Part shown: positions 26,936 through 38,924 of the stretch, piece after piece
Layout of the letters: each line of letters starts with the position of its first letter
Numbering within the stretch: the first letter of the stretch is position 1
Source of the DNA: Mobula birostris
Taxonomy: Eukaryota
Direction: 5' to 3'
Assembly: GCF_030028105.1 (NCBI RefSeq)
Contig: NC_092377.1
Span: forward strand, 157,830,104-157,894,103
DNA: 64,000 nucleotides
Made by a program: the position numbers and the translations under genes
Notes under the pieces: generated by a model
The model's database searches: none
What the model saw: only the letters and a program-made list of their open reading frames with translations
What the model was told of the DNA's origin: nothing

Positions 26936-27973
26936 TATTACCAACATCAAAAGTTGTTTTGATTTCCATTCACTTGACTGAGAGTTTCCATTAATGAGGA
27001 GAGGTCAGATAGGCTGGGTGTGGTTTCCCTGAATTGGGGGAGATTTGGGGTGGGATCTAATAGGGGTTTACAAAATTAAAGAGGGCATAGATTACCAAGG
27101 TTTTTGCAATTACAAACACTCTAAAAATAGAATGCATATGTTTAGAGGGATCCAAGCAAGGGGACAGTTTGGAGAGGCTGGGGTCAGGTTAAGGTTTAAG
27201 ACCTTAAGATATAGGAGAGGAATTAGCCCATTTGGCCCATCGAGTCTGCTCTACCATTTCATCAAAGCTGATTCATTCTCCCTCTCAGCCCCAATCTCCT
27301 GCCTTCTCCCCATATCCCTGCTTGCCCCTATTAATCAAGAATCTGGCATCTTCCCCCTTTCTTCTCAGTCCTGACGAAGGGCTTAGGCCTGATACGTCGA
27401 CTGTTTATATTTTCCATAGGTGCTGCCTAGCTGCTGAGTTCCTCCAGCTTTGTGTGTGTGTTACAGCCTTGAGGTTCATCTTGCAGGCAGTCACAACAGA
27501 GAAACACCATATAACTTGTTTCAAGAAAAGCCCCACACAACATGACCATCAAACGCGCATAGCAACAAATCGCACTAATAGCAAAAAGCGAGCAAAACAC
27601 ACAGAACACTAAATATTGAATGGCTGTCCCCAAAAATAAGTCCACAGCCACGAGCTGCCAAGGCGTCTCGATCAAATGGCTCAAATAACAAAGTGCGTTC
27701 AGCACTGCGGACATTAAACATCAACCCACAGCCTAAACTGAGTCCACCGCCATGAGCCGTGGAGGTAAATGGACCTCACAATATGGGACCAGAACTCCTA
27801 CATCTTCTGCCGTCAGGGAACTTCACTGAAACTCTTTATGACCCTGGTGAATATGCAGTTGCTCTAATTGTACTGGAACAGCTTGAGCTAAAACATCACT
27901 AGTTCAGGAACACCGATCTTCAGTGCGGAAGATGGGAAGTTGTCTAGTCCCGCTGTCTTTGCTGCAGGGTTAA

Positions 27974-28438
27974 GCCCAATTTATACTCCTGCATCAAATA
28001 TACACCGTAGGTACCGCATACCCTACGCCGCAGGGGGATGTGCACCTCCCCAAAAATGTAACTCACACGTCGTGTCAACGCAGACAGCAACAACTGTGAT
28101 TGGTTCGCTTGGTAGCGTCACATTTCCTCCTACACATTTTCGGTTGCTTTTCTCTACCATGTCTGTGCACTGATATGAAATAAATGGTTGGAGACGAGAA
28201 AACAAATTGTCAAATCTACCTGCCGAAATCCGAGAATATTTGAGATGTATTTCCTCATCCATGTCTCTCACGAATAAACTTAACACAGTGACATAGAAAC
28301 CCCACCGCCAACTAGTGTTTTGGCGGTGAATTGCAGAGCCACGCAGACACAACTACGCATGCTCGCTACGGCGTAGGGCTATGCAAAAGTATAAATTAGG
28401 GCTACGGCGTAGCCCATACGCACAAGCATAAATCAGCC
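27974..28438 (-). mobile_element. PIF/Harbinger non-autonomous element with transposase N-terminal remnant
   Basis: GCCCAATTTATACT versus AGTATAAATTAGGGC and AGCATAAATCAGCC; DMDEEIHLKYSRISAGRFDNLFSRLQPFI resembles the Harbinger F..YFRMS...FD.L motif. Confidence 0.7.
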
Positions 28439-28699
28439 GACACAACAGTTAGTGCTACTGCCACATAGTTTCAGAGAACTGGGTACAATTCCGTCCTATA
28501 GTGCTATGTGGAGTTTGTACCCGGAGGAAACCCACGCGGTCTTGGAGAGAATGTGCAACACAAAGATTTTCCTCAAGAATGAGATGCTAAGCACATTTCT
28601 GTCATTGCCTTGGGAGGTGGTGTTAGGGCGGAATCACCAATACCTCATTTGGAGCTTGGCAACTGAACTATTAGATGCCTGCTGTTTGTAAAAAAAAAT

Positions 28700-29640
28700 G
28701 TAAACACTAATAAAACTCTTAATTGGTGCTCTAACAGAGCAACTTGCTAGTTCAACTCCAACCCTGCTTCCTTCTCAGCAGTCTGGCAAATGTAAACTCT
28801 GCTTGATCTAGTTCCCTTGAGAAGGCCACCGTGGAATCTGCCTCTTTCACATCTGCACACTGTGCATTCCAGATTCCAACCACACCTTTCCAGAAAAGAT
28901 TTTCCTCACGTCACTTATAATCCTCTTCCCTTTTCCTTTTAAATATACATCTGACTTCCAATCCTTGACCGTTGCGCCAACAGGAACAGCTCCCCAATAG
29001 TCTTGCACAAGGCTGGTCTCGTCCATGTCTTGTACAGTTGTAACATGATGTCCCAACTTTTGTCCTCAGAGCCTTGACCAATGAAGGCAAGTTTCTGAAC
29101 AGGCTTCTCTGTCACCTGTTCACCCATGTCACCAATTTTAAGGAACATTTACTTGTACCCCCTTGGTTTCTCTGTTCACAACATACTCTCCAAGGCCCCC
29201 TACACTTTAGTGTGCAAATCCAACCCTGGTTTAACTTACCAAAATACAACACTTTGAAATTGTCCAATTGACCTCATCAATAAATTCTATTAAAATGGTT
29301 AAACACAAGTTCTCCTTTGCAAATATATACAGTCTTGTCTCAATTAATCCAATTTCCTCTGGTCTGTTAATCCTCTCCCAGATCAATGTTTCTGGAAGCT
29401 CTTTCATCACTGAGGTTAAACCAACTGGCCTATATTTGTCGGGCTTATCCTTACTGTTTTTTTTCTTGAAGATGGGGAATACCATTCACCCTTCTGCAGT
29501 CCTCAGACATAACTTCAGTATCCAAAGAACACTGTACAATTATGCTCGCAATTCCGTGACGTCCTACTGTATTTCCTTCAAAATCCTATAAAGCATCCAA
29601 TCCAGTCCTGCATGACTTCAAGTGCATCCAAGTTATTTAA
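28700..29640 (-). mobile_element. CR1 RT fragment
   Basis: PIFKK..DKP.KYRPVGLTSV; LCLTILIEF; DIMLQLYKT. Confidence 0.78.
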
Positions 29641-32600
29641 GAACTCGATACTGTTGGATCTCCGTTTATTTTCTGATCTTTAGGGTTCTTCTGGGATAAG
29701 CAGTCTTAATTCCAAGATTTCAGTTTATTTTAGAGTACAGTACAAACATACAAAAGTTAAGAGAACTAAATAAAGAGCTGGGAAACAATATAACAGTTGA
29801 AAGGATGCAGAGACAAAGGAATGCAGGTGCCTCTGAAAAATCCAGCACTTTTATAGATAAGAGAAATTCCTTACATAGAGAATAAACTAGTTAATAGGCT
29901 ACATAATTAAAACAATTACATCATGTAGATAATGTACTAATACTTAGCCAATGAAAAATGAGAAAGGTGATAAACCCGCAAACACAAGGAAATCTTCAGA
30001 TGCTGGAATTTCAAGCAACACCCAACCTTGGGTCTTGGCTCAAAACGTCGACTGTACCTCTTCCTAGAGGTGCTGCCTGACCTGCTGCGTTCACCAGCAA
30101 CTTTTATGAGTGTTGAAGGTGATAAACCACTGGTTTAGCTACTATACCTCTGCCAGTGAGTGTAAAAAATACACAAGTTTGTTTAAAAGTACAAATCTTA
30201 TAAACAGCATTATTTTAAAAAGTTGTTTTCAAAGTCACCATCAATTTTCAAACATACTTAATGTCTCAATCATCTCCTTCACTATTATGTTGAAAGCACC
30301 TACTCTCCTGATGAAAACAAATGAAAAGTAATTAAGTTCCTTAACAGTGCACTCGACATCACTATGCAAGTTCATTATTTTCTTGTTGTTTATACTCCCT
30401 GCAACTGTTTTATTATTTATATGCTGATAGAAGAATTCTGGATTCCCATTTATTTTTTCAGGCTTTGTTTCTCTTCTTTCAGTTTTCATTTCCTCTCCAA
30501 TTTATTTTTGTAATCAGCCTAGTTCTTGGTGGTTATATACAACCCAACATTTGTCACGATTTTTTCTCTTCTGGGATGAAGGAAGCTCTGCATTTGTCTG
30601 ACACTCTTTTGCCTCAACTGCTTCCTGAAATATATCCTCTTCAAAGGTGGTCCATTAATAGAGTCTTGATTAGTCAGGGCATGAAGGGTTATGGGGAGAA
30701 GGCAGGAGACTGGGGCTGAGGGGGAGATGGGTCAGCCAACGATACATTAGCAGAACAGAATGTTGAAGAAATGAAGCGGATGTGGCCCATGGGCAAAACG
30801 AGAGCATATTTTTAAAGCAGTGGTATGCGACATTTTGTTTTCAAATAAACCTCTGTGAGATTTATAAATAAAAAGATTGTGTTGTGTTTGTAACAATCGC
30901 TCATGTTTAAGGTGACTGACAACCTTAAAAGATTTTCTATACTAATATTTGAAATAAAAAAGTGAATAAATAGAACAAGCCTCTAACCACTTTGTATTGC
31001 AACAGAAACCAATTTTGCACATATAGACAAATGATCAACACTACTGATATTCCATTATTTCTTAATAGCATGATTAACTTCATTACAGTACATATGAAAC
31101 ACCGTGGCAGGAAAGCAGCACCCATCATCAGGGACCCCACCACCCAGGCCATGCTCTCTTCTCACTCCTGCCATCAAGAAGAATGTACAGGAGCCTCAGG
31201 ACTCAGCACCAGATTCAGCCATCATGCTCTTGAACCAAAGTGAATAACTTCACTCACCTTCACTTGCTCCATCAATGAAATGTTGTGGGAAAAGTGGACT
31301 CACTTTCAAGAACTCTTCATCTCATGTTCTCAATATTTATTGCTTATTTATTTATTATTTCTTTTTGTATTTATACAGTTTGTTATCTTTTGCATACGGG
31401 TTGAATGCCCAAGTTGGTGCAGTCTTAAATTGTTTCTGTTACGGTTATTACACTATAGATTTATTGAGCATACCTGCAAGAAAATAAATCTCAGGGTTGT
31501 ATATGGTGACATATACATACATACTTTGATAATAAATTTACTTTGAATTTTAATAGTGTAACCAATTACAATTCTTTTAAAGTTGCATGGCAAACTCTTT
31601 TCCCAGGAAAACATTTCCAACTTTGCCAAAACAAAACTACCTTCCGTTTGCTGGTACTGTATAGCTTCAGTCTAGGTCAGGGTAAGGTGGGGCAGGATGA
31701 AAATCTTTGATTTTAGTAGCCAAAAAATTAGACATAGATTTCCTATGAAGCATGATACTGGAATGCTTTTGCATGCAAATATATTTTGGATGTAATGCAT
31801 TACCATGCATGAGAATTTAGGGAAGAACAAATCTCAGTCTTGCTCAAATAACTTATATGGCATGATATGAAATCAAGAGACTGCAAAAACTATTTTATTG
31901 TCAAAATTAATTGAATGAAATAACAGTATCAGATTTCTACCTCAATCTCTCTAATAGGTGGCAGAAGGTTACAGAAATTGGAAATGCTGGATTACTATGG
32001 TACACATTGGGTTGGGGAGCTGATGGATTATCCACAAAATGGATACAACAAGTGGAAGTGCCTATTATTTCTTAATATTTTTGTTCACTTCCACTTTCTG
32101 TCCAAAAAGGGTTAAACAACCTCCACCTGTCCCAATTTATGACTGTATATGTGGTTTTGGTCAAGTGACCCACCTTCTGATAGAAGTCTTTCCACTAGTT
32201 ACAAGCTTCATGTTTTGAATGTGATGGGCTGTCTGGACGGGTGCAGCTCCAACAACGGTCAAATTTCAGTCCGGCAGCTTGCCTGGCACTGCACGCACCA
32301 TATCGAAGACTATTCGTTCCTATCAACATTAGCCCATCATGGCTGCTGTGTATACTATCTGCAGGATGGGCCACAGCAACTCACCAAGGCTTTTCAACAC
32401 CTCTGACCAAACTCATGACCTCTACCACAACCTACAAAATCAGAATCACATACAATTCATGACAAGGAAGGTCACTCCATTAATTTTGTCTGCGCCAGTT
32501 GAAAAGGCTACCTAACCAAATTCCACTTCCAAACGTAGGTCCACAGTCCTAGTTTCCTGCTCTTTTCACTATACAACCAAATACCTTTGAAATGCAGTGA

Positions 32601-32754
32601 GCTTCTCAGAAACTACTACTCTTTCAGGCTCTGAGTACCAGATCCATGTTACCCTTTCGATGAAAAAATATCTTCCTGTTCTTGCCTTTCATCCTTGTAT
32701 CAATAACTTTAAGTTTTTACCCTGTGGTTTTTGACCTGACTTTTGAGGAAAATA

Positions 32755-33279
32755 CACTCAGTGGGCAATTAGGCACCTCCTGTACCTAATGAAGTGACCA
32801 CTAAGTGTATGTTGTTGTCCTCTGCTGCTGTAGCCCATCCACCTCATGGTTTGATGTGTTGTGCATTCAGAGAAGCTCCTCTGCACACCACTGGTTATTT
32901 CAGTTACTGTTGCCTTCCTGTCAACTTGAACCAGTCTGGCCATTCTCCTCTGACCTCACTCAGTAACAGGGAGCTTTCCATACAACTGTTGCTCACTGTA
33001 AGATTTTTTTTGTTGCTCACACCCTTCTGTTGAGTGTGAAAATCCCTGGAGATCAGCAGTTTCTGAGGTACACAAACCACCATGCCTGGCACCAACAATC
33101 ATTCCATGATCAAAATCACTTAGATCACATTTCTTTTCCCTTCTGATGTTTGGTCTGAAGAACAACTTGACCATTTCTGCATGCTTTTATGCATTGAGTT
33201 GTGGTCCCATGATTGGCTGATTAGATATTTGCATTAACAAGGTGTACAGGTGCACTTAATACAGTGGCCACTAAGTGTA
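32755..33279 (-). mobile_element. Tc1-like non-autonomous DNA transposon
   Basis: KKCDLSDFDHGMIVGAR, MARLVQVDRKATVT; TIR CACTCAGTGG / CCACTAAGTG flanked by TA. Confidence 0.85.
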
Positions 33280-33305
33280 TACTTGTTCTAGTTTATAAGA
33301 GCATA

Positions 33306-33976
33306 TAGCAAGAAAGGTGGGACAGGGAGGGGAAAGGGAGGCATTTATATCAAATACAAAATAGTGTTGCAGGTACTAGGGTAGGTAGTGGAAACAGAAG
33401 AGAGGAAACTGTGTGGACTAGGTTAAGGCTGGGACACTGTGCATTAAATGAAACATTGAAAATGATAGGGAAACAGCAGAGAGGATTGTGTGAGGAATGT
33501 CAGGAAGAGGAGTCAGTAGAACATGTAGTTCTGAGTTGCAGCAAGTATGGGATACAGAGAGAGATGATGAGAATTAAACTAAGGGAATTGAGGGTGCAGG
33601 AATTCACATTAAAAGGGTTGCTGGGCATGGGTGAGAGAGCACAGGTTAGGGTATTTTTAGCTTTCTTAAGGGGTACAGGGGTTTTTTATAGGATATGACG
33701 GATAAACAGGAATAGGGTACTAGGATGGCCAAAGGTGGGNNNNNNNNNNNNNNNNNNNNNNNNNNNNNNNNNNNNNNNNNNNNNNNNNNNNNNNNNNNNN
33801 NNNNNNNNNNNNNNNNNNNNNNNNNNNNNNNNNNNNNNNNNNNNNNNNNNNNNNNNNNNNNNNNNNNNNNNNNNNNNNGAATGTAAGTCTATTGCACACT
33901 CCGGAGCAGAAGGTGGCAGTAATGCACCATTAAGCTGGGTGCCAACCGCCGTAAAACAAGACACAGACAGACAGAC
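33306..33976 (+). mobile_element. Nimb/I-clade LINE 3' end
   Basis: TRLRLGH..LN..L..IGK...CEECQEEESVEHVVLSC; same tail as the 13023 copy; TSD AGAGCATA at 33298 and 33977; contains N gap 33740-33878. Confidence 0.85.
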
Positions 33977-35237
33977 AGAGCATAGATAAACAAACATATC
34001 TCATTCCCAGGGTCAAAGTATCTAATACTATAGGGCACATATTTGGGGGGAGAGTGGCTAAGATCATAGGAGGTATGCAGGGCAAGTTTTGTTTTTGAAA
34101 CACAGAGTGGTGGATGGTAGGAATGCACAGCCGGGGTAGTCTTGGAAGCAAACATGATAAAGGCATTTTAGGTAGGCTCATGAATGTGCAGAAAATGGTG
34201 GGATGCAGATGTAATTTAGTTAGGTATTTGATTACTAGTTTAATTAGTTCAGTACACCATTATGGGCCAAGGGCATTATTCCAGTGTTCTGCTGTACTGT
34301 TTTATTTTCTCTAACCCCTTAGAGTTTTACCTGCCTCATCTGAGACTCTATTCACATTGAACTCTATTCCACAGAAACAAAGCTAGCTTATTTAATCTTC
34401 CTTTTTTTATCTTGTTTTCTTCTCCCCTGTTCTGATATTCTGTGTCCCAGCTAATAAATGAAAAGGTCCCTTATGCATTCTGAACTACCTCACTGACTTG
34501 GCCTGCTAATTTTAAGGATCTATGTATACACCAAGATATTTCTGTTACTCAAACACGCCAATATCCTCTTGTACTTTGTGTATTCCTTTCCCTTGTTATA
34601 ATTTCCAAAATCAATACCTTACAATACTTTGAATGAAAACTCCTTTTGTCACCTATCTATCCAATTTACCTTTTGCTCCTGCATGTTGGCTACTTTTTGT
34701 CAAGATGTAAGCACTAGTGAAAAATCACTCAATATCCAACGCATTGTCCCCAATAGATTTCAATCCATAAAGCTGAAAGAAGAGCAATGTCAATGTAATT
34801 ACTATTGGCGATCTCCCAAGCTTGAAGTTAATCTCTTTCACGGGTCTTATTTTTAAACTGGGTTCTTGGTTGACTTACAAGTCTAACCCTCTATGTGGTG
34901 TTGGCACTGCGACTATGTAGGAATTAAATAGCATCATAAAATTTACCCTTTCTCAGATGAAAGATTATCCCAACATAAATCAGACACAACTCCAATGTTC
35001 AGATTGTAGTAGATAGTTTCTATTTTCAAAGTGTACAGTGAAATAAAAGTTTAATTTAGAGTTGAATAATACAGTATTAATCCCAATAGATACAGTATAC
35101 GTAGATCCCTATAGTTGTACAAAGATATAAAATCCATGTTCTTTATCAGCTGAATGACACAATATAATAATCTCCATAAGGAACACTGTGGTATCACTCA
35201 AATATTGACACAACTTGCAAATGTTCAGATGGAAGTA

Positions 35238-35920
35238 CAGTGGATTCTGGTTAATTAGGACACATCAGGACCAGTACATTTTGGCCCAATCAAATGGGTG
35301 CCCTAATTAACTGAAGTTTCATGGAAATAGTTAAAAAGGTATAAAAAAGACAAACTACTGTTTAACCGAGTAACTAATTATGTATTTAAATGAAATACAG
35401 AACAAATTAGAACACTACCAATACTACTATAGAAGTGTACTAGTTCCTAATACAGTAGTTATCAATGGAGTATTAACCAGGGTACATTGTCGTGCTCTTT
35501 TGATTGATTGTAATTGAACAAAATCAGTGCAGACACTTAAGTGCAGATAAATCTTTGCCTCTATTGCCTTCCTGCCTGAAGTAGTGTCATAATCCACCAA
35601 TAAATTTCCTGGCACAAAGTGATCAAAAATCATGACATTTTGAATCGGTGCCTTTTGGCCCAAATGGATAACACAAGTACATGCAACTGAAGCCATTTAA
35701 AAACTGTTCGCTCTAAGCACAGCATAGTTTCTAATGGCCACACAAGTGCATGCTAGTTAGAAACTGTTCTATAAGTCTCCTGTTCCAATTAAGCAGTACA
35801 GTGTCCCAATTAAACAATGCCAAGACCAGCTAATTTCTCGATTTGTTTTTGTTCTTTATTAGTTGTCTCAAATAAACAGCTGCCCGATTAACCAATGGCC
35901 CAAATAACTGGAAGCCACCG
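35238..35920. mobile_element. Tigger/pogo-type MITE
   Basis: TA|CAGTGGATTCTGGTTAATT ... AATAACTGGAAGCCACCG|TA with subterminal repeats. Confidence 0.75.
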
Positions 35921-36137
35921 TACATCCCAAGATCTCAATGTCTAAGAATTATATAAACATTAATTAAAATCTTGCATCCCACAGTTTAAGAAATTATAGC
36001 ATCAACTGCAATAATGATTACAAGATAAAATTTACAGAATTCAGGTTTAAAGTTTTCGTACATCTTAGTGTTCCTAATGATTGAAATTAATTACCATCTT
36101 ATAGGAAACATATATTAAACCATTAATTCATGACCCT

Positions 36138-36367
36138 TGCAACACACACAAAATGCTGGAGGAACTCAGCAGGCCAGGCAGCATCTATGGAAAAGAGTAC
36201 AGTCGATGTTTCAGGCTGAAACCCTTCGGCAGGACTCAAAGGTCTTGGCCCGAAACGTCGACTGTACTCTTTTCCATAGATGCTGCCCGGCCTGCTGGGT
36301 TCCTCCAGCATTTTGTGTGTGTTGCTCAGATCTCCAGCATCTGCAGATTTTCTCTTGCTTGTGACTG
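36138..36367. mobile_element. Penelope-pLTR-derived palindromic element with 13-bp TSD
   Basis: AATTCATGACCCT at 36125-36137 and 36368-36380; inverted arms of about 85 bp at 36139-36223 and 36241-36325. Confidence 0.85.
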
Positions 36368-38924
36368 AATTCATGACCCTCGGTGAGTTAAAGATTAAAA
36401 AGAACAATCTCATTTTGTGGCTATGGATTGTGGAAAATATAGACAGGTTAACAAACTGCAAAAATATCAGTTCAAATTACATACAAATTACAAATCAGAT
36501 TGGAAGGTTTAAGAAATTCAAAACAGTATGAGAATATATATCAGTATTATTTTCAACTGTGGATACACAAAGCAAATAGAAGTTAAATATAGTATATTAC
36601 ATTGAAATCTTTAGCCCAATTGGCCCAGGGCAGAGTAAGTTCCCTAACTTCCCCACTTCATAGTTCCTCATATCCAATTTAAAACATACACATACACCAT
36701 AGATACAATCTAACTTCACAGGACTGTCATGGTTTTGGAGGAGAAGCTGGGGTTCAAGCTGAACCTACTGCACACCAGACATTTTTTTCCTCCCAAGTCA
36801 CCTCCCATTCTAAAAAGCAACACAGCTGGGAGATCCACACTGCAGTGTACCCATTGATATCTGGCGAGTTGGCCGAGCACATGATATGTAAAGGAGAGAG
36901 GCATTAACCAAATACAGCGGCTTTGGATAAAAAAAAATCCATGAAGTATTGATAAAACATCTAAAATATCATTAAGACACCTTAAACACTCTGATTAATA
37001 CCATGGGAAGAACAATCTTCAGCAAATTTTTGATTTGCTTTTTTGCTGGTTCGGCAAAACATTGTGGGCTGAATGGCCTGTTCTGTGCTAGCACTAAAGC
37101 ACTAATTTCATCAGTCAGCTTTTGGAAGTTGTGAAATAATGTTTTCTGGGAGAATACATTGCAGTAGTTTGACATTAAATGAATTAGTGTGCTTTTAAAT
37201 ATGTGGAATGCATTGCTAACAACTTCCTACACTAATAATTATTGTGCTGTGCACATTTATTGTGTAAGTTACAGAATCTAACCTATAGACAGGAATTATC
37301 AGTTCCTGCCCAAAACTTCACTGCTATTTTATGGCAGAAAGCCTTCTTTTGCCTTAGGCTTGGTTTTTACTGCTCGAGTCAAAGCCTTCAAGACACTCAA
37401 TTAAGTGTTGTTGTGAAGGAAGTGGAGTAAATACAATCATTCCATTCTGGTTGGAGAAAGAGATGCAGCAGGGTAAAAAGGGAATCAAAGTAGGAGTGAT
37501 TGACAAGGTCATGTAGGCATCTCCCCTCTGGCTCCTGCATCACAATGGTTTAAGGCCAGGGGAGGGGAGTGGGGACAGAAATATCCATACCTTGTTGTTT
37601 TCTTTGAACTTACTGTGGAACATAATGGAACACAAGTTCAGAAGTGCTTCTGAACCTGTCTCGGAATGCTGCAACACCCTTCAGTAATCCCATAGCACAA
37701 TGAATCATTTGGCCATTCTTTGCCTCCTCTAGTATAAATAACACTGCCCTAATTTTATACATTAAATGCCATTTCTAAACAGTCTGCCAAATTTATCTCC
37801 CTAAGATTTGGTACATTTCCCTGGAAGGGGCGTGACTGAGTGCATCTAGGGCATCTGAACAGGAAACATCTCTCGCTCAGTTGATCATAAATCATAACAA
37901 TACCTCAAGAAAATCTTGGAACATTGACTGGAAGCTACCATGATACACCCGTCTTCCATCCAAAGCTTCTTCCCTCGTCAAATCTTCAATGCAAGAGGTT
38001 GAATATTTTAAAATCAGGTCTATACTCTTAACTTCTGACTCCTGTTTCTTCCAGTGGAAAAAAGGCCATCAGTTGCATGTACATCCAATCAGAGGCGAAG
38101 TTTACAGGACCCAAATTTAATTATTTTATTTTTATCTGGAGGTACAGCACAGAACAGGCCCTTCTGGCCAAATGAGCCGCCTTGCCCACCAACTCACCTA
38201 CCTCATCCTAGCCTAATCACAGGACAATTCACAATGACCACTTAGCTTACTGACTGGTATATCTCCGGACTGCAGGAGGAAACTCACAGTCACGGGGAGT
38301 ATGTACAAACTCCTTATAGACAGTGAGGAACTGAACTCCAAAATCCAACAACCCAAGCTCTAATAGTATCACACTAACTGCTATGCTACTGTGGACGATA
38401 TCCATTTTATTCAGAAATATCTATGAGATGAGCTGTGGGTTGTGACTACATTAGACTGAATGAAGCACTGTTCAACGATAACAAACAAGAGATAACCTTG
38501 ACATTTTGGACAGTTACTTAAAAATGGAAAGGATGCCTAAAGGTCAGAGGAAGAAATTAAATTTATGAGCAAGACATATAGAAAAAATCGTAAAAACATA
38601 TGTATGTCAAAAGATTAATCCTGGTAAATATCTTTCCTGAAGAAGGGTCTGGGCCCAAAACATCGACTGTTTATTCCCCACTATAGATGCTGCATGACCT
38701 GCTGAGTTTTTCCAGCATTTGGTGTGTAATCCCATATACTATTATGCCAGAGGCAGGAAAATAACATTAGGAACTTATTGATATATTAATCTAGTGTTTT
38801 TTTTAAAATCTTGCCAAGGACCCACATTCAGCAAAATTTGAAAGAATGACAGGTAGTTTCATGTGACACACAATATTTTGAGCAAAACTGCTGAGAAGCT
38901 GTGGTTTTATTGAGTTGAAACTCT

